Shown piece by piece: positions 38,729-50,592 of a DNA stretch of 64,000 nt (positions within the stretch are counted from its first letter, which is position 1; each line of letters opens with the position of its first letter). Origin of the DNA: Gekko japonicus (Eukaryota); the NCBI RefSeq assembly GCF_001447785.1, contig NW_015176458.1:1488216-1552215 (forward strand). Direction: 5' to 3'. The position numbers and the translations under genes are program-made. The notes beneath the pieces were generated by a model, which was not told where the DNA came from, made no database searches, and was given only the letters and a program-made list of their open reading frames with translations.

Positions 38729-38826
38729 AAGACTCTGTTCTAAGACCCTATGCCATCAACACTCCTAGTTATGTCTGTGACACCACAGACTTTCTGAGGA
38801 AAATAGAACCTTTGACAACCTTCCAG
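38729..38826 (+). mobile_element. Penelope-like RT fragment
   Basis: DSVLRPYAINTPSYVCDTTDFLRKIE resembles the PLE RT motif (PSYIxDTxDFLxKL). Confidence 0.6.
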
Positions 38827-38844
38827 GGAATACTGAAGGCTTTT

Positions 38845-39292
38845 TATGGGAAGGACACAGAAAATTTGGAGTGGGTGCAGAGGAAAGTGACGAGGTTGAT
38901 TAGGGATTTGGAGACTAAGCTTTAGGAGGAAAGTCTGTAGGAACTGGGAACGGTCAGGCTGGAGAAGAAGAAGATCAGGGTGGATATGATTAAAGTATTT
39001 GAAGGGTTGTCATTTAGAGGAGGGGAGGGCACTATTTCAGCTGGTAGTGGAGGATAGGGCTTGTTATAAGGGGTTTAAATTATGAGTGGGGAGATACCAG
39101 AAGGATATCAGGAAAAACCTTTTTTACAATAAGGGCAGTTCAGTGGTGGAATCAGTAGCTCAGGGATGTTATGGGGTCTCCCTCATTGGAGCCATTTAAG
39201 CAGAGATGGGATGATTATTTGTCAGAAGTGCTTTAGGTCATCCTGCATATTGCTGAGGATTGGAGTGGATGGTTCCAACTTTTTGGTTCTAT
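38845..39292 (+). mobile_element. Old CR1 LINE 3' fragment
   Basis: KDTENLEWVQRKVTRLIRDLETK...LEKKKIRVDMI, a CR1 ORF2 C-terminus; ends gttccaact...ttctata. Confidence 0.85.
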
Positions 39293-39925
39293 AAAAACAG
39301 GACATCATGTAGTTCAGGCCCTGCTTGCTGTTGTGAGCAGACAGCTGATTGTTCAGAGGGAAACTGAACAAAAACATTTAGTCATGCAGAAATAAACACT
39401 CTATTATTTTAATTAAAGTCATCACTCGTTGCTTTGGTATCTGATCAATGATAGCGTCTTCTGTTCTATTGAGGTGTGCAGCAATGCGCACATGTGCTTT
39501 TTCAAACAGCCCCATGGGAATTGTAGTTTTTCACATGCCGGTGTCATTGAACTATCTGACCCAACCAGTCATGACCCTGAGGGAAAGGAACTTCAACTAC
39601 TGTGCAAGTGCCAAAGTGGCCCCAAGGCAAAATACAGCACTCCATGCCCACAGCTAAAACCGGCTGCTGAAAGGGTGTTCAGCATGCTGCTCGAGTCGGA
39701 CAATGAGAAGCTGAGGAAAGTTGATGTTAATCTCATAGCTGCTGGCAGCTGTCAAAAACGGTATGTTCACCTGTCGAACAGGTTGGATGCAAAGACCTCA
39801 GCATCCCTAATGGGAACATACTTAATATTTCACTGAATCTTCAGGGAACTGGACCTCCCAATATTGTGACTACGGAGTCATGACATCCTGAAAAAGTTGA
39901 TTTGGGAGGCGTTACTGATAAGAAG

Positions 39926-40131
39926 GTCCAGGCTAGCCCAGTCTCATCAGACCTTGGAATCTAATCAGGATCGGCTCTGGTTTACACTTGGATGGGAGGC
40001 CACCATAGAAGTCCAATGTCTCTACGCAGCTGCAGGCAATGGCAAACCACTTCTGAACATCTCTTGCCTTGAAAACCCTATGGGGCTGCCGTAAGTCAGC
40101 TGTAAGTTCATGGCATTTTCTACCACCACCA
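39926..40131 (+). mobile_element. 5S rRNA-derived SINE with RTE-like tail
   Basis: acttggatgggaggccacc (5S box C), then ggcaatggcaaaccac...gccttgaaaaccctatggggctgccgtaagtcag and (CCA)n. Confidence 0.8.
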
Positions 40132-40422
40132 CTGGTCAGTAGTAAACATTTACATTATATTGGTTGGATCCAAGTTTCTGAATATGGAGTTCATTCTTAG
40201 AAGGCATTGTTACTATCTTCACCAGCAACTTCTTCGGTTTCACAAAAAGCCGGAGAGCGCTCTTCAGCAAAATGGGGGTGTGACAACCTCTTATTTGGGG
40301 AGGTCTAGTTTTACTTTAAAATGTTCTTTCAGTTTTACTCTGTAGGGTATTCTGGCTGCCACCAGGGAAATTTAGGCTTTCCCAACCTTTTTCTATAATA
40401 TTTTTCCTACTGGTTTTGGTAT

Positions 40423-40993
40423 TGTGACCCAGGGTCTGGGCTTTCGAAGGACTATGTGTTTCCTGGGAAGAATTTCGTTCAGAACTTGTGTCTTAAATAA
40501 AAGTAGATTTATTTGATGTTCACACACTCTTCCCTCTTATTGACAGGGATCAGGGCATGTCACTTTGTAACAATATTTTCCTTAGGCCATATATGGTTAC
40601 TGTTTCTTTATGCTTTAACTTTTCATAACACACACAAGACTTCTCTCTCTCAGACCTTAAAACGAACAAACTGCTTAACTCTTTTACTACACAGAACCAA
40701 ATCTTTCCCTCACAGGGATGAGTCTCCTTCAACCCAGAGACAGCACTTAACTCATAGCAACTGCTTTTACACAGCACACTCTTCTGACTGACTAACTGTT
40801 TTTATCAACTGTCATACCTAACAGACACACCAGATAGACATTCCAATCATCCACACAGCATCCATTCCAACCCCCCCCCTCTGTCACTCACCAATCATAT
40901 CACTTGCTTGAGTCCAGCACTCTAGATTATCCTCACACAGCCATGCCAACCAAACTTTTAAACACACACACAGTAAAACATGGAATCGTTACA
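40423..40993 (-). mobile_element. Probable solo LTR
   Basis: Minus strand begins TGTAAC and ends GTCACA; AATAAA about 85 bp before the 3' end; TSD not clear. Confidence 0.55.
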
Positions 40994-41409
40994 GGGGGAA
41001 TTAGCCAAAATTTACCCCCTCACTCTCGGTTGAGTGCAGCAAGTGATGTGAACATAGGAAATACTCAAGCAAGAATGATTTTTTTCAGTTTATTTCACCT
41101 TCTTGCTGCAAAACCACAGCCTGCCGGGCATGTTGCTCTACAGCATCCCCCCACTTATCACTGTGGTCACTGAGTAATTAGCATTCATTTGTACCCTTTC
41201 TTGGCTTAACTGAGTGCGAATGAGATGCCAAAGTGAACAAGATGTCAAACGGTCCACTAGAATCCCATATACCTCAGGGCAACTCTAATGCTGCAAGTAC
41301 AAAATTAATCCAGAGTGCTGGCTTTCATCAGAGCAATGAGATTCCCCAGCACTGACTTTGTTCTGGTTTCTCCAAATATTGCTCCAAATATTCCAAATAT
41401 TGCTGCAAG

Positions 41410-41560
41410 AACTGAAAGGGCAGTTCTGGAAATAGCTCTCTGAGCCCCACCTACATCACAGAGTGTCTGTTGTGGGGAGGGGAAGGGAAAGGAGTTTGTA
41501 AGCCGCTCTGAGACTCCCGAGTAAATCCAATCTCCTCCTCCTCCTCCTCTTCTTCTTCTT
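41410..41560 (+). mobile_element. Squam3-type SINE 3' half
   Basis: gccccacctacatcacagagtgtctgttgtggggagggg...aatccaatctcc (CCT/CTT)n. Confidence 0.8.
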
Positions 41561-42089
41561 TTTTATATGGTAAACTTTTTGCTTAACATTATGTCTTTAT
41601 GCCACAGTTTACAGTTATTTCTTTTAAAAAAACAAACCCTAGCTTCTTTTTTAAATGTATCATAACAATTGAGCTCTTAGTTTGGAAGGGAATAACTCAC
41701 CTCAAAGCAGAAAGTGAAAAAGGAAGACATTATGAAAAACACAGAGAGACACGAGCTACATGACTGTCATTTGGCAGTATTTTTTTTCTTGGCATTATTG
41801 ATTCTGGATGAGAGGGCAGGTTATTCTGTCTCTCTACCCTCAGAGTATCTCTCCTTTGGGGAGTAAGTATTAAATTAAGATTCCACATACTTGCCTGCAT
41901 TAGAACAACCTGGAAGCGGCAGTCCTGGTTTCACCATAGTTATCTGATTTACAGAAATGGATTTAAGGATGACATTCTTAGTCTGAAGTGCAAATGCAGT
42001 CACAAACAGTTTTCCCTTGTCAGCACTCTTTTAAAAGAAAAGCAAACTTTACTCTGTAAAGAAAAAGCAATACAAATATTATCTAGGGA

Positions 42090-42440
42090 GGCTCAAGCAT
42101 TCCGCCTTTCAAGCCTTGCTCTCTGTGCCCCCACTTTCAGACATGAGGCAGATGGTGACCAGAGACAGGGCATTTTGGGTGGTGGCACCTTCACCTTTGG
42201 AACGCCCTCCCCCTTGTTGCCTACTTTCTTTTCGGTGGCAGGCTAAAACCCATTTTTTTTATCCAGCCTCTGAATTAGTTTTATCTTATCAGGTTTTTAA
42301 TAGCCCACACCAATTTTATGAATAGGTTTTATACCACTTATGTTCAATTGCATTTTACTATTGTGGTTTTAAATTTAAAGCCACCTCAAGCAAGACTCTG
42401 AAGAGAGGGCACAGAAATAGTCTAAATAATAAATAAATAA
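42090..42440 (+). mobile_element. L2 LINE 3' fragment
   Basis: LLSVPP...TRDRAFWVVAP motif, then AT-rich UTR and (TAAA)n tail. Confidence 0.7.
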
Positions 42441-43689
42441 GTACCAGACACTTTGATTGATGGGTTGTTCACTGGTGGCAAACAGGAAGCCAATTTTTCA
42501 GAGGGCTGGCTGTTCATAGTCAGTTCAGACATGTTTAGGTTAAATTTCCCGACTTCTTGTAGTCCAGTGCAGTGCAATACGCATGCACTTTCTCAACCCA
42601 ACAAGAGTCCTTCTTTCATTTCTCCAAACACCTGTTGTCATAGCACAGCATTCAGCTGCCACTCATACAAATAAACTGTGTGCAAATCAGTCTTTACCAG
42701 TGACTGGTCATAGGGAATAATTGATAAATGCCCAACAGCTATCTCTCATCTGCCTATACTGCATCATACGTTTGAGTAACTAGCAGTGCAATCTTATACA
42801 GGGTAAATTTGCATAGGATTTGCATTGCACGTAACAAACTGTACAGTAGGGCTATTCAGATAAGAGGGAGATGAAACTGATAACTGGGCCTTATGGGTCA
42901 GATTTGGGGTGCCATGACTGACCACTTTATCCACACTCTGCAAGAGCCATAATGAAATAGTGAAGGATGATCCCCCCCCCTCACTTCGATGGCTTTTAAT
43001 TAATCAGGTACACTTTAGTAAGGCACTTTTCTAATGATGATGTTAGTTGTAATCCAGCTTCTCTTTATCTGCAAAAATAACCATCAGAGTAGATTACCAT
43101 ATGAATCAATTCATGTATGGTATGTGAGAAATTTGGCACTTGGGGATTTCCTAAAATGGTTCTCAGAAGAAGCAAGAAAGAGAGGAGGCTCTTGTTTTAT
43201 GAAAGTGATTAATGACAACAGTGATGTGGCAGGATTGTTTATCTTGGACAAATGAAAACATTTACAAAATCAGCCCAGACAATTACAGCATGAGAGGAGA
43301 ATTAAACAGTGTTTGCTATTTTATGATGTTCAGCAAGATAAGCCATAGCTAGCATTTTCGATAGCCGCTTCTTTTTTACAATGAGCATCACTTAATGTTT
43401 GGGTGACTTATTTAACACAAACACCTGTGTCGTTCGTGCTTTCACAATGCTCAGAAGGCAAACTGTGTGTTTTGAACACCCCTGTCAATGTCTTACAATT
43501 AATCTATGACTAAAGGGGTGGGGGCAGAAAAACTAGACACTTGGAAGAAAGAGTGGAGGAGTTTGGGCAGATGGGGCCAACGCGTGACCAGGAGAGCCAG
43601 TTAGAGTGGAGCTAGGGCTACATAAGCCCCACCTCTAACTTAGTTCCTCAGTCCTACTAAATTGTTTATAATGAAAGTACCTAGTGCCT

Positions 43690-43747
43690 GCCCCCCTCCC
43701 TCTCCCTCCCTCCCTCCCTCCCTCCCTCCCTAAAATCTCTCTCTCTC

Positions 43748-43786
<39 letters not shown>
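43690..43786. repeat. Compound (CCCT)n / (CT)n microsatellite
   Basis: Direct read. Confidence 0.95.
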
Positions 43787-43789
<3 letters not shown>

Positions 43790-44399
43790 GGACTTGACTC
43801 CTTGCCTGACTACAGAGCCACCTTTTCTTCTTATGCCCCTGCAGCCTGGCTGTTACAGTGTTGCACTTGACCTGTCCATGATTGCCTCTGGTCCTGCTTG
43901 CACCCCATGGGGCTGGCTTTGTCTATACTAATCCCCTGTTGACTCTGACATTCATCCTCACTGCAACAATGTCCAACAAGTGCAGCATTCTTGTTTTCCC
44001 AATGGGAATTCAAGGCAACCCTTCCCTTATTTAGAAGAGAAGAAGTGTACTCAGGGGCTGCAATCCTAAGAACAGTTTTCCAGCAGGAAGGCCAATTGAA
44101 TAAAATGGATCTTACTTCTGAGTACACCTGCCGAAGATTTCTCCCAGGGAAAACACTGGGGGGTTGGGTGCTAAACCTGCTTCCTGCTTGTGGTGTTCCA
44201 AAATATTACCAATCAAGGCTACTCCACCTAGGAGTGATTTCACATTTCTCATCCCAGCTCTTTCAGCTTGAAAATTCCCATTTCAGTTTTGCTTGTTGAT
44301 TGTGCAATCTGAACCCATGAATCTTTATTCTCACCTTTTTCTGCTTCACCACACTGAATTTTCTATTAAAAATGCATGCATTTTTTCAACATAATTGAT

Positions 44400-44549
44400 A
44401 AGAACATAAGAACATAAGAGACGCCAATGTTGGATCAGGCCAAAGGCCCATCCAGTCCAACACTCTGTGTCACACAGTGGCCAGAAATACCAGTGCCATC
44501 AGGAGGTCCAGCAGTGGGGCCAGGACATTAGAAGCCCTCCCACTGTTGA
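44400..44549 (-). mobile_element. Young CR1 3' end, 5'-truncated
   Basis: Identical by eye to 50196-50345. Confidence 0.9.
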
Positions 44550-45104
44550 TGGATCAGAATGTCAGCATTATACTGTGTGTGTGTGTACACACAGAGTATA
44601 ATGCTGGCATTCCGATCCATCAGTAATGTTGATATATATATATATATATATAACTATTTTACATCTAAATACAGCATACATTCTATATAAAAGCCATACA
44701 ATATGTATATGCAATATTAATACATATATATGAATGAATATAAAAATAAAATGAAACAGGGACCCCTTGGTCTTTCATACTCAATACTACAGTGGCTTCT
44801 CCTAATTCACCTGTGTAGAAATTCAAAGAGAATTTGGAATTTCTCTTGAGGTGGAACATCTAAAGGTTTCACAAGAAACTCCAAGAGCGTTAATAACACT
44901 AGGGAAGGGGGGGTGTTGTTTTGTTTGTTTGTTTGTTTTCCAGGAAAGTTCCAGGCATCTTTATATTGTTACTAAATTTCATCTAAAGCAAAATTCCTAG
45001 AGAAATGTGGGGTTCCTCAAGAGCTGAAACACCAGGCAATCTCTGAGGAAATCCAGCAGAGTTTCATGAAGGCTACTGAATATTTCACATCTTTGTGGCT
45101 TGTA

Positions 45105-45429
45105 AAGGTAAAGGTTTCCCTTGATTGAAAGCCAGTCAAATCTGACTCTAGGGGGTGGTGCTCATCTCCGTTTCCAAGCCGAAGAGCCAGCACTGTCCGA
45201 AGACTTTTCCGTGGTCATGTGGCTGGCATGCTAAATGCTGAGGCACATGGAACACGAAATGGTGCCTATTTATCTATTTGCAGTTTCTTGCTTTTGAACT
45301 GCTAGGTTGGCAGGATCTGGGGCCAGAGACAGGAGCTCACTCTGTCACATGGCACTAGGGTCTCAAACAGCCAAACTACAGACCTTCTGGTCTGCAGCTC
45401 AGCATCTTAACCTCTGAGCCACCACGGCC
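45105..45429 (-). mobile_element. Sauria SINE, near full length
   Basis: Colinear with the 31076 copy; flanking repeat cttgta/cttgta. Confidence 0.9.
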
Positions 45430-45750
45430 CTTGTACATGCTAGCCCATCACAGAAGAATGCTCAGGACCTAAGGCTATTGCTACCTGTCAGGAGTAACAT
45501 TCACTGTGGCTCTAGGGTGGTTCTCCCTGGTTTTGCAGACCAGATGTTTTCCTGGCTGGACAGATCCCATTGAGCCATGAAGGGCCTTGCCTAGAGCAGC
45601 TGTAAAAGTTTCTTCTGGACAGGAGGAGGAGAAGGAGTAAAAAGCCTGAAAAGACCACAAGGAGGCAGATGGAGGGTGGAGTTCCCAGCAGATGGAGGGT
45701 GGAGCTGAAGGTTGTCCAGAAGGTTGTGATAAACAATGATGCAGTGAGAC

Positions 45751-46111
45751 TAGGGATGGGAATGAACCAGCTGATGAACTAAAGTTCATCATGAATTTTT
45801 GGCCAGTTTGTGGTTCACAAAGCAATGTTTGCGAACTGAAGAACCACCACGAACCACCATGAATGTTGATACAATTTGTGACGGTTCAGAGCCATTTAAA
45901 CCAAACATCCACTCAGCTATTTGGAAACCCCTGCTTTCTGCTCCCTGTGAAAAGCTGGGGGGAGAAGAAAGCAGGGGTCTAAACTTTAAGTGGCTCATGA
46001 ACCAATATGAACCGGGTCAGTTCACAAACCAATTTTTTGGTTCATATGGGTTCATGGTTCAGCCACGAACCACGAATGGAACTGCAAAAATGTGGTTCAC
46101 AGCCATCCTTA
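45751..46111. mobile_element. hAT-type MITE, TAGGGATGG family
   Basis: TIRs tagggatgg/ccatcctta; TSD agtgagac/agtgagag; repeated subterminal gaacc/ggttc motifs. Confidence 0.85.
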
Positions 46112-47335
46112 AGTGAGAGTCCCTTTTCTTAGACCCACCATGCTACTAAGTGGGACTCAGATGCCTGACCACCAGTCCAAGGGCCAGGGGTATCTCTGCT
46201 GAGGACCAATATGGAAGCGAAGCTAAACCAGAAAAAAAATATAATGAAGGGACAGAAACATTAAGATAACGCTCTAATCAGTTCTTCTCTTACCAGATTA
46301 CTCCCCACCTGCTCAAAGTCACTCTCATCAGAGATGGAGAAGAAAATAGAAAAAACACTTAAGCCAATGGATAATGTGATCATCACAATGGAGAAAAACA
46401 TGGACTTAGCAGAGGCATTCTGAGTCAACTCCGTGGGAACGTGCAGCATGAAGCTGCTTAGTACTTCTGCAATATATTAGATGCATTGCAGGCGAGGCCA
46501 CTTCGTCCATAGCACAGTCAGAGCAGAAGCAAGTCAAGCATTTGCATGATTTTGTAGCAAGCAATTTCAAACTTCAGGGGGGGGGGGGAAACTGTATAAA
46601 GCAGGAAGAATTGGGTTTAAGAAAGTGAAGAGCTGGAATAGTCTTCTCTATAATAGTGTTACAGATTTCTGTGAATGCCTCTCTCTACCAGCCTACTCCT
46701 CCTGAACCATCTCACTGGTATGGGCAAGAGAGATGCTGTAGGTAAGCTGAAAGCAATGGGAAGGCAGTATACTATGTCTGGGGAACCCGTAACCTTTTTT
46801 GTGTGGAGAGAAGCCTCCAAAATGTGATATTTCCTAAGAAACAGAAGTAAAGGCCTCACAATGTGGAGTTATGGATCATTGTGATATCAGTAGCCACTTG
46901 CCAAGTAAACCCCCCAACTCTCTCTTATTTGCATGTTTGACAATTCCAAGCTCAGGCTTCAAAGGTAAGCTATGTGACAATGTCAGGCATTCTCTCCTTT
47001 TCTTCCCAGTGGGAAAGGTAGATACTTGAACACCCACCAGTACAGTCCATGGTCTGTTCACAAGTCACAAACAGGGAGATGAATATTTTGTTGAACTATT
47101 TGATAGCTTACTTTTCATGTATTCATGAAGTACAGGGTAGTGTGATTGGCTGTGTTTCATACATGCACATTATCAGCCTGATAGCAGTCCTACTTTCCCC
47201 CTTCTGCCCACAGAACTTTTGCTACTGCACCTCACTGGGGAGCCAATTATATGAATAAACAGGAAGCAAACCAATCAGCCAGTAATTATAAAGAAATCTT
47301 ACAGCTTCCTATTGATTTAAGTCCATGCTAAGTCG

Positions 47336-47913
47336 AAGAAGAGGAGGAGGAGGAGGAGTTGGATTTATACCCCGCCCTTCACTTGGAGTCTCAGAGCAGC
47401 TTACAATCTCCTTCCTTTCCTCTCTCCATAACAGACACCTTGTGAGGTAGGTGGGGGTGAGAGAGGTCTGAGAGAACTGTGACAGACCCAAGGCCAAGAA
47501 GAAGAGTTGGATTTACACCCTGCCCTTCACTTGGAGTCTCAGAGTGCCTTACAATCTCCTTCCCTCCCTCTCACCACAACAGACACCTTGTGAGGTAGGT
47601 GGGGGTGAGAGAGCTCTGAGAGAACTGTGACAGACCCAAGGTCAAGAAGAAGAGTTGGGTTTATACCCTGCCCTTCACTTGGAGTCTCAGTGTGGCTTAC
47701 AATCCTCTTCCCTCCCTCTCCCCACAACAGACACCTTGTGAGTTAGGTGGTGCTGAGAGAGCTCTTTCAAGAACTACCCTTTCAAGGACCGCTGTTGTCA
47801 GAACTGTGGCTTGCCCAAGGTCATCCAGCAGCTGCAAGTGGAGGAGTGGGGAATCAAACCCAGTTTTCCAGATCAGAGTCCACTGCTCTTAACCACTACA
47901 CCAAATTGGCTTC
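47336..47913 (-). mobile_element. Squam3-type SINE trimer: one full copy plus two 3'-half units
   Basis: Units start at about 47336, 47496 and 47644 (148-bp period); tRNA head present only at the right end. Confidence 0.9.
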
Positions 47914-48179
47914 AGTTTGTGCATGGGAGGTGTGTCCCCCCCCCATCATTTAATTATCATCATCTCACCTATTGCAAAAAAGCAAAAGTCCTTACAAGAC
48001 AAAGCCATGAATCTCGATCACCATGTCTACTGCACAGCTGCAAAGCTGTTGGACAGCCTGTTAGGGTAGTTGCATATAAATTGCTTTTATTTGTGTTTGC
48101 TGACACACACACACACATGGACTATATTTGCCAGTATCTATGGGTTTGGGGAAACTGTGTGCTATTGTTTGATGTGACT

Positions 48180-49062
48180 GTTGCACCTGGAAGCTGCTAG
48201 TTTGTCTGCGCTGGTATGCTAATGAAGTGACACACACACATCCACCCAGCCTGGGAAGAAGGAGGCATCTCCATTGTGGTCAGCCAAGGAGTGATAAAAT
48301 CAACAAGTCGTCCACCATTGAGGGATTACAAGCTAACACGTAACCCTGAGAGAATCTGGTTTGCATCTGAAGAGACTATTTCCTGTTTACAGCTTGGGAC
48401 CAAGCTAAAGCTATTTACAAGTCAAAGGTTGCCTGGCACCCTAACCTCACACCTGGACCAGATGCCTCCCCTGAGTTAAAGGATTAGATTTCAATATTGC
48501 CCCCTCCTTCTAGGTAGACACATCATCTCCTAGTTAGTAACCAATAAAGTCAGGTAATGGGACGGACGACAGGTGGGAGGATGGTACAGATGCCAGCCCC
48601 CTAACAAAGGTTATAAAGTGCAAGGTTCATGTGTTTGAACCCTGCTAGCCATCTTCTACCTCAACTCTGCAACTTAAGCTCTACTACAGGTAATTCTCAC
48701 GTGCTTTCTTGGACTGCAGCCAAGAAGCCCACACGTGTTGGCTGGTTCCAACTGTGTGCCATAGGATTTCCTCTAGTTAGAACTTCTGTATTCCCGTATT
48801 CTTCCGTGTGAAGGTCGAGCTCTGGATCAGATAAGTATATGCCGTTCCCCTTCTTCATTCCCATCCATTTAGCATAAAAGTGATTGTTTTTCCATTTCTA
48901 CTGTATCTAAAGGAACTTGTATGTATGAGTGAGTGATTCTGTTTTTGTGTGCTTGTGAATGAAATACCATTCAGTAAAGAGAACAACTGATTTTGCTACA
49001 GCAATCTTGTCACGTTGTCTCTTTGGGCGGGATCCTTGGGGTGAAGTCTGAACTCTGTATAC
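48180..49062 (+). mobile_element. Possible solo LTR
   Basis: CCAAT near 48541, TATAAA near 48612, AGTAAA near 48973, ends in CA; 5' boundary and TSD uncertain. Confidence 0.4.
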
Positions 49063-50194
49063 ATAGACCAGGAGCCCCTTTCTCATTTAGTCTTGCCCCT
49101 GCTGTAGATAAAGCAGGTCAGGCTAACAGCCATTTGAGGCAAAGAGCAGACTGGTGGACAGACTGGACATTTGGCCCACAGGTGATCATGACTTTTGAAT
49201 ATGGCCTGCCTGCCTATAGAGCATAGCCACTAATATGTCCACAGCATCCCTAGGCTGAAATCATTCTTCTCTTGAACAGCAGAAAACTCTGACAGCCCTT
49301 CTGAGTCCAACAGTCAAAGGGAGGAGAGGTGAACATGGTAGGGTGGCTTGAGAAATGGTTCCTAATCAGTCTGCATTGTGCAAATGTCTGGCATATCATT
49401 TAGTTCAGCTAGCCAATTCAACTGTTTCTCATGGTTGCTGTCTGGGATATGTCAGGCAGCACAATTGATTGTTGCTGTGACTTGGAACAAACATGTAAAG
49501 ACCCTCAAAGAGACAGAGATAATATGACAACATTGCACTAAAGAGAGCTGACAGCAAAGTTGCTTTTGAGGAACTGTAGCTCAACTCCCCAGAACTACAA
49601 AAGATAGCAAATAGAAAATCCAGCAGCTTTGCTGTCCTCAAAGATATCTGGCACATTTTGTACATTTAGCCACTGTTCCTGAGCACACATCTGCATGAGT
49701 GGATCCCAGACTGAAACCATCATGACTTTTGGGATGGTGCTTAGAACTCCTTCATAGGTATCACTAACCCTTACTTGGAACTTCACCTGTGGAATCCCCC
49801 AATTTACAATTTCAAAAGTGGGACTTTGAATTCAATTTGTAACTCCAATTTCTTGAGGTGACCAGTTTATCCTCTCTTTTTAAGGTAAGAGGGAAAGTCA
49901 ATGTGCCAGTTAAAGCCTTGTCGTTCCAATCAGATATATGCTTTCTTAGTATTCCATCAACATACCAGAGTAAAAATTGTTTCACCCCAATCCAGGGTGG
50001 TGAAGGATATTCTGCAGATGCAAAAAGGGGCAGTGTGATTGTTCTTCCATAGATCTACCTGCCTAGACTGCAGGATCATAACATTCTTGGAGAATGGGTG
50101 ATAGTAATGATTGCATGTACTGCAGTGGGGCCACAAGGTTGATTCCCCCAAACACACATTCTTTGATCCTTCTTTCCTAACAAAGACAGCTTGA

Positions 50195-50592
50195 TAAGAA
50201 CATAAGAACATAAGAGACGCCAATGTTGGATCAGGCCAAAGGCCCATCCAGTCCAACACTCTGTGTCACACAGTGGCCAGAAATACCAGTGCCATCAGGA
50301 GGTCCAGCAGTGGGGCCAGGACATTAGAAGCCCTCCCACTGTTGACCCCCCCAAGCACCAAGAAGACAGAGCATCACTTGCTCCAGAGCCCCTATCTATA
50401 CCTTGTGGCTAATATCCACTGATGGACCTCTGCTCCATATGCTTATCTAACTCCCTTTTGAAGCCGTCCATGCTTGTAGCCGCCACCACTTCCTGTGGCA
50501 GTGAATTCCATGTGTTAATCACTCTTTGGGTGAAGAAGTACTTCCTTTTATCTGTTCTAACCTGACCGCTCTGCAGTTTCATGGAGTGCCCA
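50195..50592 (-). mobile_element. Young CR1 LINE 3' fragment with open ORF2 C-terminus
   Basis: ORF 50409-50600: GHSMKLQSGQVRTDKRKYFFTQRVINTWNSLPQEVVAATSMDGFKRELDKHM, a canonical CR1 ORF2 end; (ttatgttc)n tail. Confidence 0.92.

Noticed and set aside
39429-39836. 135-aa ORF in unique sequence
   Set aside because: Non-ATG start, no recognisable domain, no convincing splice sites
46297-46423. Coiled-coil-like peptide SEMEKKIEKTLKPMDNVIITMEKNMDLAEAF
   Set aside because: Too short to assign; could be an L1 ORF1 remnant or chance
47336-47720. CRISPR-like or satellite array
   Set aside because: The units are SINE 3' halves without unique spacers, the context is eukaryotic and there are no cas genes
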